Shown piece after piece: positions 27,616-37,934 of a DNA stretch of 64,000 nucleotides; position 1 is the first letter of the stretch; every line of letters starts with the position of its first letter. The notes under the pieces are model-generated. The model was not told where the DNA came from. It worked only from the letters and a program-made list of their open reading frames with translations, and searched no databases. The DNA lies in NCBI GenBank assembly GCA_963752595.1, contig CAVVYZ010000006.1, forward strand, positions 1 to 64,000, in the 5' to 3' direction. The translations under genes and the position numbers were made by a program. The stretch comes from an uncultured delta proteobacterium. Lineage in GTDB: Bacteria; Desulfobacterota; Desulfomonilia; UBA1062.

Positions 27616-28801
27616 AATGTATAATGTTATTTCTTTGACCGGCTAAGGACTCGATTGCATGATCCTGTGCATGAGCACGAAATCCATGCTTCATCTCAGA
27701 TTCCAGATATGTTCTTGCCAGCTTTCCGGGGTAGGTAAACAGCTTGTGAAAATTCTTTATTCTTTTTGCGTTCGAGAGAAAATATACCCATCCGGTCTTG
27801 ATGGTATCGTACAGAGTCCAGAATTTGTTGTATTTTATCAATCGTATCGGTTCTGACAGGGTGTTCATGCGAAGTTTGAAAGAAGGAGAATCATCCACGG
27901 GGACAATGCGCAGATCGTCTCTTAATTTGCAGGGCATCATCCGGACTTTGCGGATGCCGCTTTTGGAAACTGAAGCTGAAAAAACTGCACTCAGTTTTCT
28001 GGAGCTGTTGAGCTTCAGCTGTGAATGCCTTACCTCGCCCTGTGCGTTGACCCACCTCCAATCGACGTCGGAAAAGAGAAAGTTCCCGAGACTGTACGCT
28101 ATATAGCCGTGTTTGTATCTCTCGATGCCCTGTAAGACGTGGGGATGATGCCCGATAACCAGGTGTGCACCCATCTCGATTATCCGATGGGCTTTTTCAA
28201 CCTGATCAGGTGTGGGATAGGCCCAGTCTTCAATCCCCCAGTGAAGAGATACGATGACGATATCTGCATTGCCCTTCAGGGATGCGATGTCCTGATTTAA
28301 TTGATCAAGGTCCAGCGGTGCGATACCTCTGGTCTCTTCAGATGCATAGAAAGGCGAATCTATCTTAACTTCGCAGCAGGAAAGCATTCCGATCGATATC
28401 CCGTTCTTCTCCATGATGACCGGCTTGCGTGCTTCGGCTAAGTCCTTGCCGGCTCCGCACCAGTGAATGCCTTGAGAATCCAGGATCTCGATGGTGTCAT
28501 AAAAAGCCTGCTCCCGGTAATCCATTATATGGTTATTCCCCAGGGTAAGTGCCGTGAACCCTGCTTCTTTAAGCCCGACGGCATACCCGGGATGGGTTTT
28601 GAGGCTCAGTTTCATAGGATACGGCTCACCGCCGAGGCATAAGGGTGCCTCCAGGTTGCCGATCAACAGATCATGCTCTGAAAACACCTTCCTCATAAGC
28701 TCAAAGGGATAATGCGGTCCTTTTGCCCCATGAAGAACGTCGTAGTCATGAGTGAGGGCAATATCGCCCACCAGACCGATTTTAAAGGATGTATCAACCA
28801 T
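27587..28801 (-). CDS. CapA/PgsA family metallophosphatase-fold protein
   Basis: VGDI, GNLEAP, LGNNHIMDY, SLHWG, IGHHPHVLQG, YSLGNF. Confidence 0.9.
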   Translation of the reverse strand: MVDTSFKIGLVGDIALTHDYDVLHGAKGPHYPFELMRKVFSEHDLLIGNLEAPLCLGGEPYPMKLSLKTHPGYAVGLKEAGFTALTLGNNHIMDYREQAFYDTIEILDSQGIHWCGAGKDLAEARKPVIMEKNGISIGMLSCCEVKIDSPFYASEETRGIAPLDLDQLNQDIASLKGNADIVIVSLHWGIEDWAYPTPDQVEKAHRIIEMGAHLVIGHHPHVLQGIERYKHGYIAYSLGNFLFSDVDWRWVNAQGEVRHSQLKLNSSRKLSAVFSASVSKSGIRKVRMMPCKLRDDLRIVPVDDSPSFKLRMNTLSEPIRLIKYNKFWTLYDTIKTGWVYFLSNAKRIKNFHKLFTYPGKLARTYLESEMKHGFRAHAQDHAIESLAGQRNNIIHFGKYNKRKS

Positions 28802-30170
28802 GTTGTTCCGGGATCGGGATCAGCCTCTTGGCAAAATGATATTTCCCGGACGGCTCTTTTGGTATTCCATCAACGAAATCATAGGTTATTCTCATACTCT
28901 CTCCAAATATTTTCCTGACTATTTTTTTCTGGTGATCCATAATTTCCTTTGTCGGGAGAGGATCCTTTGTCATCTTGAAGGTAAGGTGGTCGACGGCATC
29001 CTGGAGGACCTGCATCTGTCCGATGAGGCCCGGTGCTCCATTTACCAGGTACATTACCAGCGCTATAGTCGAGACCAGCTTTCCGTCCGGGGTAATGAAA
29101 ACGTCAAGGGAACGCCCCATCACCTTATCGATCATGGGTAGCCCTCGCCCGCAGGGACAGGAGCTGTTGTTCATCACGGCCATATCACCCATGTCGTACC
29201 GTATGAACGGCATCCCGTAGTTGAGCAGATCCGTAACGATCACCTCACCGATCCAATCGGTCGACCCTTTTATCTGCTTTTTATTATCAAGCTCGATATG
29301 GAGGTATTCTGCATTGATATGCATGCCCTTGTGGAGTTCACACTCCTGTGCCATGGGCCCGACCTCCCGTGACCGGTACGAATCAAAGACGTCGCAGTGG
29401 AAAACCTGCGAAACCAGTTCCCTCTGATGGTCATAAAGCGGCTCACCCGTGGATATGATCCCTTTCAGACGAATATCCGTGATACTCTTTCTATAAATGA
29501 ACCTGGCGAGTTCATGTATAGGGGAGCTGAATGCCAGGATCATGGTCGGACGTTTCCGCATCAGTTTCCCGATATAATCATCGCACATCCTGTCATCGAT
29601 AAGTGCTGCAGGGAATACGACCTGCCTTTTATAGAATTCATTCTTTATCTTGGACTTCCATGTATGAAACCCCAGAAAATCCTGATGTGCAGGCCAGACA
29701 AGACCCATGTACTGACCGATATCCCAGCCTGTCCATTTCCCGAATCTATGGATGGCCGCCTCTTTTTTCCCCAGGCAGGCATTATCACGATAAAACCTCA
29801 TCTTTACCCCTGAAGTGCCGCCGGTTTCCGAGGTGTGAATCTCATCGTTCGGGTAGTTCCCGGCCACCATGGCCTGGAGGTTTTCCCGTATTTGATCTTT
29901 GGTAAGGACCGGCAGCGCCAGGAGCTCATCCATATGCCTGAACGTATATGGATTAAAGCCGGAATCATCGAATCTCTTTTTATAAAAATCAGTGTTCTCG
30001 TACGCGTGGACCAACAAGGTTTTGAGCCTTGCCTTCTGGAGATTATGGATACGCTCCGGCGGCCAGAACTGGCTTTCATCCAGTTCCCTCATATCCTGCA
30101 TGATGCCGCGGAGCCCATCGCGATAAGCCAGAATCGGGAACGATATCTTTTTAATGAATGTGTCCAACAT
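28794..30170 (-). CDS. Phenylacetate-CoA ligase family (CapK-like) enzyme, second copy
   Basis: TGGTSG, STGE, YRSREVG, MPFIRYDMGD, CPCGRGLP, PSGKY. Confidence 0.9.
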   Translation of the reverse strand: MLDTFIKKISFPILAYRDGLRGIMQDMRELDESQFWPPERIHNLQKARLKTLLVHAYENTDFYKKRFDDSGFNPYTFRHMDELLALPVLTKDQIRENLQAMVAGNYPNDEIHTSETGGTSGVKMRFYRDNACLGKKEAAIHRFGKWTGWDIGQYMGLVWPAHQDFLGFHTWKSKIKNEFYKRQVVFPAALIDDRMCDDYIGKLMRKRPTMILAFSSPIHELARFIYRKSITDIRLKGIISTGEPLYDHQRELVSQVFHCDVFDSYRSREVGPMAQECELHKGMHINAEYLHIELDNKKQIKGSTDWIGEVIVTDLLNYGMPFIRYDMGDMAVMNNSSCPCGRGLPMIDKVMGRSLDVFITPDGKLVSTIALVMYLVNGAPGLIGQMQVLQDAVDHLTFKMTKDPLPTKEIMDHQKKIVRKIFGESMRITYDFVDGIPKEPSGKYHFAKRLIPIPEQHG

Positions 30171-30179
30171 GGCGTATCC

Positions 30180-31487
30180 TTATTGGAGAGGATGCTGGAG
30201 AGGGGGAACTGCACCGAAAGCCTGCGTCTCCCGCATCAGGATGTTCTGAATGCACACGGTCAGTGCAGCGAGCATAAACCAGAGCCATATGAAGTACCCA
30301 TGGGAGAAATTTCCGAGGAACAACCTCAAGACCAGTACAAGCTGAATTGCCTTGATGATATTGAAGTAGAATGCATTGTTTTCTTTATATGCATCGAGGT
30401 TTTTCTTTATCTCTTTTGTCTTTCTGAAAACGGCATAGATCCAGTAGAACCATGCAATACTCGCTATCCCGAGCTCGCCCAGCACCTCTCCATACATATT
30501 GTGTGCATAAAAACGGTAATGAAAGTACCTGCCCCTGGCTTCTGCGAAGCATCCGACGCCGACCCCGATGATCGGCCTTTTTATCATCATCGAGATGCCG
30601 TTCACCAGACCCAGGTATCTATCCGAGCTCGACCTGCTTGCATGAACACCTTCCTTGATCGTCGACATGTGCGAAATATAGTCCGATGCGGCAATGGAAA
30701 AAAATATGACGAAGAAGAATCCTGCAATGGCTACTGCCCTCAGCCTGTTCTTAGCAAAGTATACCATCCCCATGAACACGATTATGAGACCGAGAAACCC
30801 TCCTCTGGATTTGGATGCGTACACCCCGAATACGAGGAGAACAAGTACCGCGAAGGAAATGATTTTCGGCAGCCGCTTTTTCCCTGCCAAGGCGAAGAAT
30901 ACGATAAAAGGTATCGCCTGATTCAGCGTGTTCGCAAGCGCCACATGACCTGCTGCAGCCCCATACCTGCCATAGGCAACGGAACCGTACCCATGTTCAG
31001 AGACAATCCCCGACATGTAATTAGCCACCGGTTCATATGCTATCCACGCCGTAACAAGGATAAATACCCACAAGAACTTGGATAAATCTGCAGTGGTAAG
31101 CACCGTGGAAACGATCATGAGATACAGTATTGCATGTTTGAGAAGGAAATAGCCTCCGAAGTCCCAGGAGGTTGAAGGGTCTACGGAAAAAGCCATGGAG
31201 ATTATCCCAACAACCATGAATATCCAGAAAGCTCCGTTTATGGGGCTGGTGCGAGGTAATATGTTACCAAGTCCTCTCAGGGAAACAAAGATCCTCAAGA
31301 GCACTATGATTGCTACGACCAGCTCAAACCGTATCGCCCCAAGGGCAGGGTACATATCACCCAGTTTTGCGTTCAGGACAATGAAATATGACATCACCCC
31401 GTAGACGGGATTCTTTAATGATAATATCAGGAGAAGAATACTCGCGGCCGGAAGGATAAACTGAATCGACTCTGCTGAAGGCAGCAC
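30180..31487 (-). CDS. O-antigen ligase / Wzy-like polymerase
   Basis: Multi-TM, SKSRGG, PIIGVGVGCF, AHNMYGEVLGELG. Confidence 0.85.
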   Translation of the reverse strand: MLPSAESIQFILPAASILLLILSLKNPVYGVMSYFIVLNAKLGDMYPALGAIRFELVVAIIVLLRIFVSLRGLGNILPRTSPINGAFWIFMVVGIISMAFSVDPSTSWDFGGYFLLKHAILYLMIVSTVLTTADLSKFLWVFILVTAWIAYEPVANYMSGIVSEHGYGSVAYGRYGAAAGHVALANTLNQAIPFIVFFALAGKKRLPKIISFAVLVLLVFGVYASKSRGGFLGLIIVFMGMVYFAKNRLRAVAIAGFFFVIFFSIAASDYISHMSTIKEGVHASRSSSDRYLGLVNGISMMIKRPIIGVGVGCFAEARGRYFHYRFYAHNMYGEVLGELGIASIAWFYWIYAVFRKTKEIKKNLDAYKENNAFYFNIIKAIQLVLVLRLFLGNFSHGYFIWLWFMLAALTVCIQNILMRETQAFGAVPPLQHPLQ

Positions 31488-31517
31488 GTTATTAGCCTCC
31501 CACCTTGAATCTTTCGG

Positions 31518-32999
31518 TTACCATAATTTTATAAAGCTGACGTCCGGCCTCATGTATGTACTGATCATGGCTTTTTCCTCTTGGGTATAAAACTTCATGA
31601 AATAGAGAACCATGGGAAAGGAGGCGATTATCAGCAGCTTGACAAATATTCCTGCATACAGCGAATTGAGAGCCACCTGCTGGGAAAGCATGTAGATCAG
31701 GGCTGCAGCGATTCCGATCTTCCCCATCCGCATGAATTCAAAGTCTATCTTGAAGAATTTATTGCTGAAGTAATAGGTGAGCACGGTTAGATAGGTATAA
31801 GAGATGAGCGTTGCATACGCTGCCCCATATATCCCGTATCGGGGGATGAGCAGAAAATTCAAAGTCAGGTTCAGAGCCGCGTTTGACGAATTGATGTAGG
31901 CAAAATATTTGGTTTTTTTCTCAATGATGATTCCCATGTTGAAATGATAGTTAAACGTGAAAATGACGTTTGCGAGAACTATGATCGGGACGACCCTGTA
32001 TGCCGGCCAGAATTCCTTTTCTGCTATGATCATCAGGACATCCTTGGTGAGCACCGCAACCCCCAGTGCCGTAAAGGATATGAGCACAAGGAAATAGGTA
32101 AATATTTTGCCGAACACTTCTTCTGAATTCTCCTGGTCGTATACCTCAAGTCTCCTGGGCTGCCATACCTGGTTGAAAGGTTCGGAAACGAATGTCCCCG
32201 GAAGGCCTCCGAATCGATATCCAAGTGCATACAACCCGGCATCGGCTATGGAGCAGTATGCTTTGAGAAAAAACCGGTCCGAGACATGCACGATGAACGA
32301 TCCCATTTGAGAAGGAACCATGGGGAGGCCGAAATGAAGCATCTCTTTTACGATCTTGGGAGAGAACCGGAACCCTACTCTGAATAACTGGGGAACGTTG
32401 AGGATAAAGAAAATAACGATCGAGGTAATCAAGGTGCTGATGAGAATGCCAAGGACACCCATATGCAGGAATATTATGAAATAAACGTTCAGGGCAATGG
32501 CCAGAAAGAGCCTGAAGAACGAAAGGAGGATATACTGCAGGGATTTCATGGTAACCCTGAGATAGTTCAGGCCGATGCCGTTGAGTGTCTGAAACCACAG
32601 GGAGACAAACGCTATCAGAAAAAATATCGAGAGTCCCGAAGAATTAAGGATATATTTTGCGAGCACGGGTGCAAAGAGAGATAACAGAGCAACGAGCAAC
32701 AGACCGACGGCGCCGAGAAAAATATAAGATGAGCTCAACACGAGATTCCGTTCGTGTTCTTCTTTGTATTCGAAAAAAAACCTGTAGAAAGCCGTGGAAA
32801 TCGATGCAGCCATGAGAACGCCGATGATATCGGTGCTGATCCCTACGAGTTCCTTTATCCCATAGTCATGGGTCGTGAGATACTGGGTGTAGATCGGCAG
32901 AAGAAGGAAGCCTACGATCTTATTCACACTCGTGCCGATGCCGTATATGATCGAATGCCTGGCAAGCAGCTTGGACTCGTTGCTCACACTTATAGCCAT
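31518..32999 (-). CDS. wzx: Oligosaccharide flippase (Wzx family)
   Basis: FLLLPIYTQYLTTHDYG, SDRFFL, GLYALGYRF, LIPRYGIYGAAYAT. Confidence 0.9.
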   Translation of the reverse strand: MAISVSNESKLLARHSIIYGIGTSVNKIVGFLLLPIYTQYLTTHDYGIKELVGISTDIIGVLMAASISTAFYRFFFEYKEEHERNLVLSSSYIFLGAVGLLLVALLSLFAPVLAKYILNSSGLSIFFLIAFVSLWFQTLNGIGLNYLRVTMKSLQYILLSFFRLFLAIALNVYFIIFLHMGVLGILISTLITSIVIFFILNVPQLFRVGFRFSPKIVKEMLHFGLPMVPSQMGSFIVHVSDRFFLKAYCSIADAGLYALGYRFGGLPGTFVSEPFNQVWQPRRLEVYDQENSEEVFGKIFTYFLVLISFTALGVAVLTKDVLMIIAEKEFWPAYRVVPIIVLANVIFTFNYHFNMGIIIEKKTKYFAYINSSNAALNLTLNFLLIPRYGIYGAAYATLISYTYLTVLTYYFSNKFFKIDFEFMRMGKIGIAAALIYMLSQQVALNSLYAGIFVKLLIIASFPMVLYFMKFYTQEEKAMISTYMRPDVSFIKLW

Positions 33000-33151
33000 G
33001 TTAAGAACCTCATTGAAAGAGAGTCCGGTGTATGGTCTTGATCCATACCCCACGGCTCTCGGATGACGAAAGGGTTGCCGATTGCCTTTCAGGCAAAGAA
33101 AATCGACGGTTTAATAAGGAGGGGGATGCTTCTTGTTCCCAGCAGAAGAGA

Positions 33152-34525
33152 TCAACTTAGCTGCAGAGCTTCGTTAAATATATTTACAAGGTCAACCACT
33201 TGATTCTTTGCATTGAATATTGAGTCATGGAGGTGATTATTGCTCATCTCACCTGTCGGGACAAGCTTACTCATGGAGTACTCTGCATACGCGGTATCCA
33301 GGGCTTTCAGCAATGAATCGTAATCATCTTCCAGGACATGATAATATTTTTTATGGTTTCTGATGAGATCCAGTGCTTCCCCTTCGGGGATGATGGCTAT
33401 GATGGGACGCCCGGTTGCTATGTATTCGAAGAATTTCGATGTAACGACGCCCTTGCTCCTCTCGTCAAATCCGATAACGAGCAGAAGGAGATGGGCGCCT
33501 TTCTGCTTCTGTATGATTTCCTCCTGAGGGATATAGCCGTGAATCTTCACGATGTCTTCGATCCCCAGCTCTTTTGAGATTAATTCCGCCCTGTTGTTCC
33601 TCCACCCGTGTATAAGAAACTGTGTTTCACTCCTTACTCCGGTATCCTTTGACTCCACCCATTTTTTCAAACCCTTCAAGAAAAAATCAGGACGGATCGT
33701 CCCGTACATCGACCCGGTATATATGATGGTGAATTTGTCGAAACCGCTTGCCTCGACCTTCTCGAACAATTCCGGATCAAAACCGTTCATGATTACGGTG
33801 ATCTTATGGCTGAAAGCGGGATAGCGTTCTTTTAATTTCCTGGAATAAAGATCGGACGCAATGATGACTTTATCCGCATACCGGATAATGATCTTCTCCA
33901 GATACTTATTTGATAAATAATGAAAGCGGGACAGGTCCCGCAGGCTGAAATTATCGCTGATCGGGTCACGGCAATCTGCAATCCAGGGCTTCTTTGAGAC
34001 AGCGGACAATATCAAGCCTACAAGGTGTTCAGAATGAGGTGGCGATGTCGTATAGATGACATCATAATTATCTTTGCACATGAGCTTGATGCCCCTCGCC
34101 GTTGCAAAAGGCACCCAGAGAAGCATATGATCGGGGATGGAGAAGATGTTGAGAATCAATGAGACAACCACATTCTTCACCTTTTCGGTTACTGCTTCCA
34201 GTCCCTCCTTCTTCTGCGGCGGGTTCTGCAGGGCATCTGCATCCTTTGCATCCGACTCTCTGATCCGCTTGTATTGTATCTTCCTCCACACATCGATGAT
34301 GTTGGTCCTGTGTATCTTGATTTCCTCAGGAATTTTTTTCAGCAGACTATAGTCGTTGAATATCTGACCGTCCCCCTTGATGGTGATGACTTCCGGCAGC
34401 CATCCTTTCCCGGGGAGATACTTGCAGAAACGTAAGGTACGGTAGACCCCCACATACGCGATCGGCGGAAATCCATAGGCAATGATCAGTACCTTTTTCA
34501 AGTTGCCGGATGATAAATTATTCAT
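33152..34525 (-). CDS. Glycosyltransferase family 4
   Basis: AYGFPP, IPD...W, TTSPPHS, DCRDP, NGFD, SKFFEYIATG. Confidence 0.9.
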   Translation of the reverse strand: MNNLSSGNLKKVLIIAYGFPPIAYVGVYRTLRFCKYLPGKGWLPEVITIKGDGQIFNDYSLLKKIPEEIKIHRTNIIDVWRKIQYKRIRESDAKDADALQNPPQKKEGLEAVTEKVKNVVVSLILNIFSIPDHMLLWVPFATARGIKLMCKDNYDVIYTTSPPHSEHLVGLILSAVSKKPWIADCRDPISDNFSLRDLSRFHYLSNKYLEKIIIRYADKVIIASDLYSRKLKERYPAFSHKITVIMNGFDPELFEKVEASGFDKFTIIYTGSMYGTIRPDFFLKGLKKWVESKDTGVRSETQFLIHGWRNNRAELISKELGIEDIVKIHGYIPQEEIIQKQKGAHLLLLVIGFDERSKGVVTSKFFEYIATGRPIIAIIPEGEALDLIRNHKKYYHVLEDDYDSLLKALDTAYAEYSMSKLVPTGEMSNNHLHDSIFNAKNQVVDLVNIFNEALQLS

Positions 34526-35066
34526 AATTGCGTTCTCCTATCTTACGTGCAGGGTAGCCGGCCAGTATCGTCCCTTCGGGGTATTCCTTCTGCCCGACAA
34601 CAGAGCTTGCCGAAATAACGCATCTATTCCCGAGCACAACGCCGGGCATGATAAACACGTTCGCCCCGATCCAGACATCATCGCCGATGATGACAGGCTT
34701 GAACGTGTTCCCCTGTTCACAGACAGGGGTGGCAGGATTTCGGTAATTATGGCTCTGGCTCCAGATTTTTGCATACGGTCCTATGAGTACATTATTGCCG
34801 AAGACAATCCCGCCGCCGGCCTGGATATAATTATAATAGCCTACGTTGACGCCATATCCGCATTCGATCTTCTTCGGATTCAGGATAATGGCACCGGGAT
34901 AGACATTCAGGTTTTTCCCTGCCTTCAGGAATTTCTTTGCATACCATTTCCTTCTCAAGAATACTCCCAGCTCTCCGGGTATGTTTCTCAGCAACGCGGA
35001 AATATACTCATACCTTCCCCATTGAGACGCCATATCCCAGTAAAAATATCTGATGGTATCGATCAT
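34518..35066 (-). CDS. Hexapeptide-repeat O-acyltransferase
   Basis: PVIIGDDVWIGANVFIMPGVVLG..SSVV..AGYPAR. Confidence 0.9.
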   Translation of the reverse strand: MIDTIRYFYWDMASQWGRYEYISALLRNIPGELGVFLRRKWYAKKFLKAGKNLNVYPGAIILNPKKIECGYGVNVGYYNYIQAGGGIVFGNNVLIGPYAKIWSQSHNYRNPATPVCEQGNTFKPVIIGDDVWIGANVFIMPGVVLGNRCVISASSVVGQKEYPEGTILAGYPARKIGERNYE

Positions 35067-36100
35067 GCTGCTATTTCATCACGTGTTTTTTTTTGAAACC
35101 CTCTTTTCTGAATCAATGATTCGATGATTATCTTCTCCAGGTCGAGTGACGCATCGAGCGGAAGTTCTATATTATAATCATCTTTATATATAAACGTCGG
35201 TTTCTCCTTATATGCATAGTGGTGCCACACCGGAGAGTACTCGGTGATCAGGAATCCCTTTTCAGAGGGTATGAGATCGAGATTGATCCAGCCGGCAGAC
35301 AGCTCATGCGCCAGCTTCTCAGATATGGAGATTGCATCATCGGGTATATAGCTCCATTGTCCGATGCCTCCGCCGTCGATATTTACCTTCCACTGCTCTT
35401 TCGATGCCTGAAACCGCCAATGACCCTCCATCACACGGCCGTTGCCCACCACTGTCTTCAGATCTCTGTCGGTCTGTATGAATTTCTGGGCAAGCAGCGG
35501 GGGAGAAAGAAACGGATACCTCATCTTCCGGGCCTTGATAAGGAGGTAATAGAATATGCGCTGTTTGAATATCTTATAAAAATACTCCAATGCCCCGCGG
35601 TGGTAAAAATCGAATTGGGATATCCGGTAATATGATTCGAGCTCGCGCCTGGTGTGAATGAGGAATACCGTCCCGCCTCCCGCTCCATAGCGGTTCTTCA
35701 GCACCATCGGGTATCCGAGCTTTTCATGGGCCTCGTCTATGCACCCTTCGGACAGGAGAGGTATGGTCTGGGGAATCGGGAATGCATGGGTCTTGAGGAA
35801 GAGAAACTGCCGGTACTTGTCATTGTAATAATAAGTGATAGCCGGATCGGGATATGTCAATAGATCGGGGTGATTCCGGTGGATAAGGTCCAGATTGTCA
35901 GAGACCTTATACAGCGCAAGGGGATAGTTGGAGGAAAACTCGAAGCTCGGATAATAAATCAGAAAATCGACGTTGCTGTAATCGAAATCAATCCACTCCT
36001 GCCGGGCAAAGTGCAATGGGATGCACTCGATATTATAACTTCCCAGCTTGCTCTGAAACGCATCGAACCTTTCATCGGACTTGATCAACACGGCTTTCAT
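35063..36100 (-). CDS. ATP-grasp fold ligase (RimK-like)
   Basis: YNDKYRQ, IPQT, YPMVLKNRYGAGGGTVFL, AQKFI, WKVN, LDL..TEYS. Confidence 0.8.
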   Translation of the reverse strand: MKAVLIKSDERFDAFQSKLGSYNIECIPLHFARQEWIDFDYSNVDFLIYYPSFEFSSNYPLALYKVSDNLDLIHRNHPDLLTYPDPAITYYYNDKYRQFLFLKTHAFPIPQTIPLLSEGCIDEAHEKLGYPMVLKNRYGAGGGTVFLIHTRRELESYYRISQFDFYHRGALEYFYKIFKQRIFYYLLIKARKMRYPFLSPPLLAQKFIQTDRDLKTVVGNGRVMEGHWRFQASKEQWKVNIDGGGIGQWSYIPDDAISISEKLAHELSAGWINLDLIPSEKGFLITEYSPVWHHYAYKEKPTFIYKDDYNIELPLDASLDLEKIIIESLIQKRGFQKKTRDEIAA

Positions 36101-36119
36101 ACGGCTCCTGACTGATTAT

Positions 36120-37262
36120 TTATTCCCGTACCGGTTTCCATGAAATTACCTTCCTGCCTCTCATATAATCCAGCGCACCAAGTACTGCCGCAAGGTTTAC
36201 GAGTATGAAGTAATAAGGGACGGTAAACAGTTTGCGGGGCCTTCCCATTGCCCTGAGACCATAGAAGGAAAGGCCTAAAATCAGCATCAGAGCACCGAAT
36301 GCCAGGAAGAAAAACCGCCTGGTGATGAGGAGCAGAGAAGACAGAAGCATCCCGATGTAATAAAAGCCCACAAGCCACCGTAAAACCTTGTGTGATACTA
36401 TTTGCCATGCAAGGAGAGGCCTGGAGGCAGGATTGATCAGCTCGGGATACCTTGACAGACCGGTAAAACCACGGGTTACGATTCTCCTTCGTGTCTTCAA
36501 TTCATCGAACGGCCGCGTGGTTGCCTCTTCATAGGTTATTGCTTCCGGCTCGTACACCACACAATGTCCGCCTTTTATTACGAGAAGCGGGGATATGAAA
36601 TCACTCATCATATCCTCATCCAGGGTGTTATACAGCTCTTTGCGGATCGCATAGAGCGGACCGTCAACACCCACGAGCGATCCCAGCGAGCTCTCCGCCT
36701 TCTTGAGAATCTGCTCATATTTCCAATATATGCCCTGGCTTTCAGTGGTAAGGTTGTCCTTTGACCTGGTAAATACAACCCTTCCCGCCACGGCTCCGAT
36801 TCGGCTGTCGGCAAAATTCGATACGAGTTTTTTCAGGCTGTCTTTTTCGCACAGGGAAGCAGCATCCATGAAAACGATGATCTCGTGGGATGCCTCGCCT
36901 ACGCAATCATTTTGCACCATGGTTTTGCCGCGGTTCTTGGGAAAGGTTACGAGCTTCACCCCCTGGGTTTCAAAAGACTGTACGATCTCGTTCGTTCCAT
37001 CCGTTGAGCCGTCCGAGCCGATGATAACCTCCATGAGCTCCCGCGGATAATCGAGGGTCAACGTGTTTTCGATCTTCCGGGCTATGCTGAGTTCCTCATT
37101 ATATGCGGTGATAATGACGGAAACAGGGGGGAGTATTTCATCCTTGATATAATTATTGCCGATCTTCCGGGACATTCTCGTGATGAGAACGGGATAAATG
37201 AAATACACGTATCCCGTAAGGATTGAGCACAACCAGAAGAATACCATCAAGCCCTTCGTCAT
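36120..37262 (-). CDS. Glycosyltransferase family 2 (paralogue of the 6855 gene)
   Basis: ITAYNEE, SDGSTD, YWKYE, SHKVLRW. Confidence 0.9.
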   Translation of the reverse strand: MTKGLMVFFWLCSILTGYVYFIYPVLITRMSRKIGNNYIKDEILPPVSVIITAYNEELSIARKIENTLTLDYPRELMEVIIGSDGSTDGTNEIVQSFETQGVKLVTFPKNRGKTMVQNDCVGEASHEIIVFMDAASLCEKDSLKKLVSNFADSRIGAVAGRVVFTRSKDNLTTESQGIYWKYEQILKKAESSLGSLVGVDGPLYAIRKELYNTLDEDMMSDFISPLLVIKGGHCVVYEPEAITYEEATTRPFDELKTRRRIVTRGFTGLSRYPELINPASRPLLAWQIVSHKVLRWLVGFYYIGMLLSSLLLITRRFFFLAFGALMLILGLSFYGLRAMGRPRKLFTVPYYFILVNLAAVLGALDYMRGRKVISWKPVRE

Positions 37263-37298
37263 CTTAGCTTCCCACAGGTTTTGTTGATCCCGGGTTTT

Positions 37299-37934
37299 TT
37301 AGGAACGGGAGAAATAATTCCGGATCAGCGGCGTGAGCTCACGGCTGAAGCGCTCGATGCTCTTTTCACAGGATTTAACATCCTTTTTCGTATCTGTTGA
37401 TACCCGTATCCATACGGTCGACGGGTTCTGGCCCCTCAGGCTTTTGATCATCTGATACACCCTGTTGGCACTGTTCCAGGGTATAATCATATCCCCGGTC
37501 TGCCACCAGTGGTAGACCAGTTCCTGCCGGTTTTCTTTATGGATTATCAGACGATTTATTCTGGCTTCTCCATCGCCGAACTTTCTCACTACGACTTCAT
37601 CCCTTGCTATTGTCCAGCCCTGCCCCGGATAACAGACCTCTGGTGCATGAACCCGGTTTGCAGAATCGATATCCTTATAGAAGGCCACATAGAGAGTGAC
37701 CACGTCTATCCCGTTCCGGTAGGTGCGGAACACAATGTCCCGGGCTCCCATGCCTGAATTGAGGAGACCCAGGTCCGTGCCGAGGCTCATCCCCTTCCAG
37801 TGCCCGATGCTTTCCGGAATCCTGTACGGGTTGATACACTCCGAATGCAGGCTCTGCTTCATCACACGGGCCGATCCGAATACACTCAGCGCAAAAACCA
37901 GGATATATATTGCATTTTTTTCTGCTCTAACCAT
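37299..37934 (-). CDS. epsI: EpsI family exosortase-associated protein
   Basis: PESIGHWKG, RTY, LYVAFY, VHAPEVCYPGQGW, VYHWWQ, WIRVS. Confidence 0.85.
   Translation of the reverse strand: MVRAEKNAIYILVFALSVFGSARVMKQSLHSECINPYRIPESIGHWKGMSLGTDLGLLNSGMGARDIVFRTYRNGIDVVTLYVAFYKDIDSANRVHAPEVCYPGQGWTIARDEVVVRKFGDGEARINRLIIHKENRQELVYHWWQTGDMIIPWNSANRVYQMIKSLRGQNPSTVWIRVSTDTKKDVKSCEKSIERFSRELTPLIRNYFSRS

Noticed and set aside
27587-28801. Poly-gamma-glutamate capsule synthesis
   Set aside because: Only a CapA-family gene is present; no capB or capC in the window
29835-31085. 416-aa plus-strand ORF
   Set aside because: Antisense shadow of the Wzy-like and CapK-like genes with no recognisable motifs
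33020-33070. Second REP-like element near the flippase start
   Set aside because: Only a 6-bp hairpin and a CGTCATCC-like end; too weak to call
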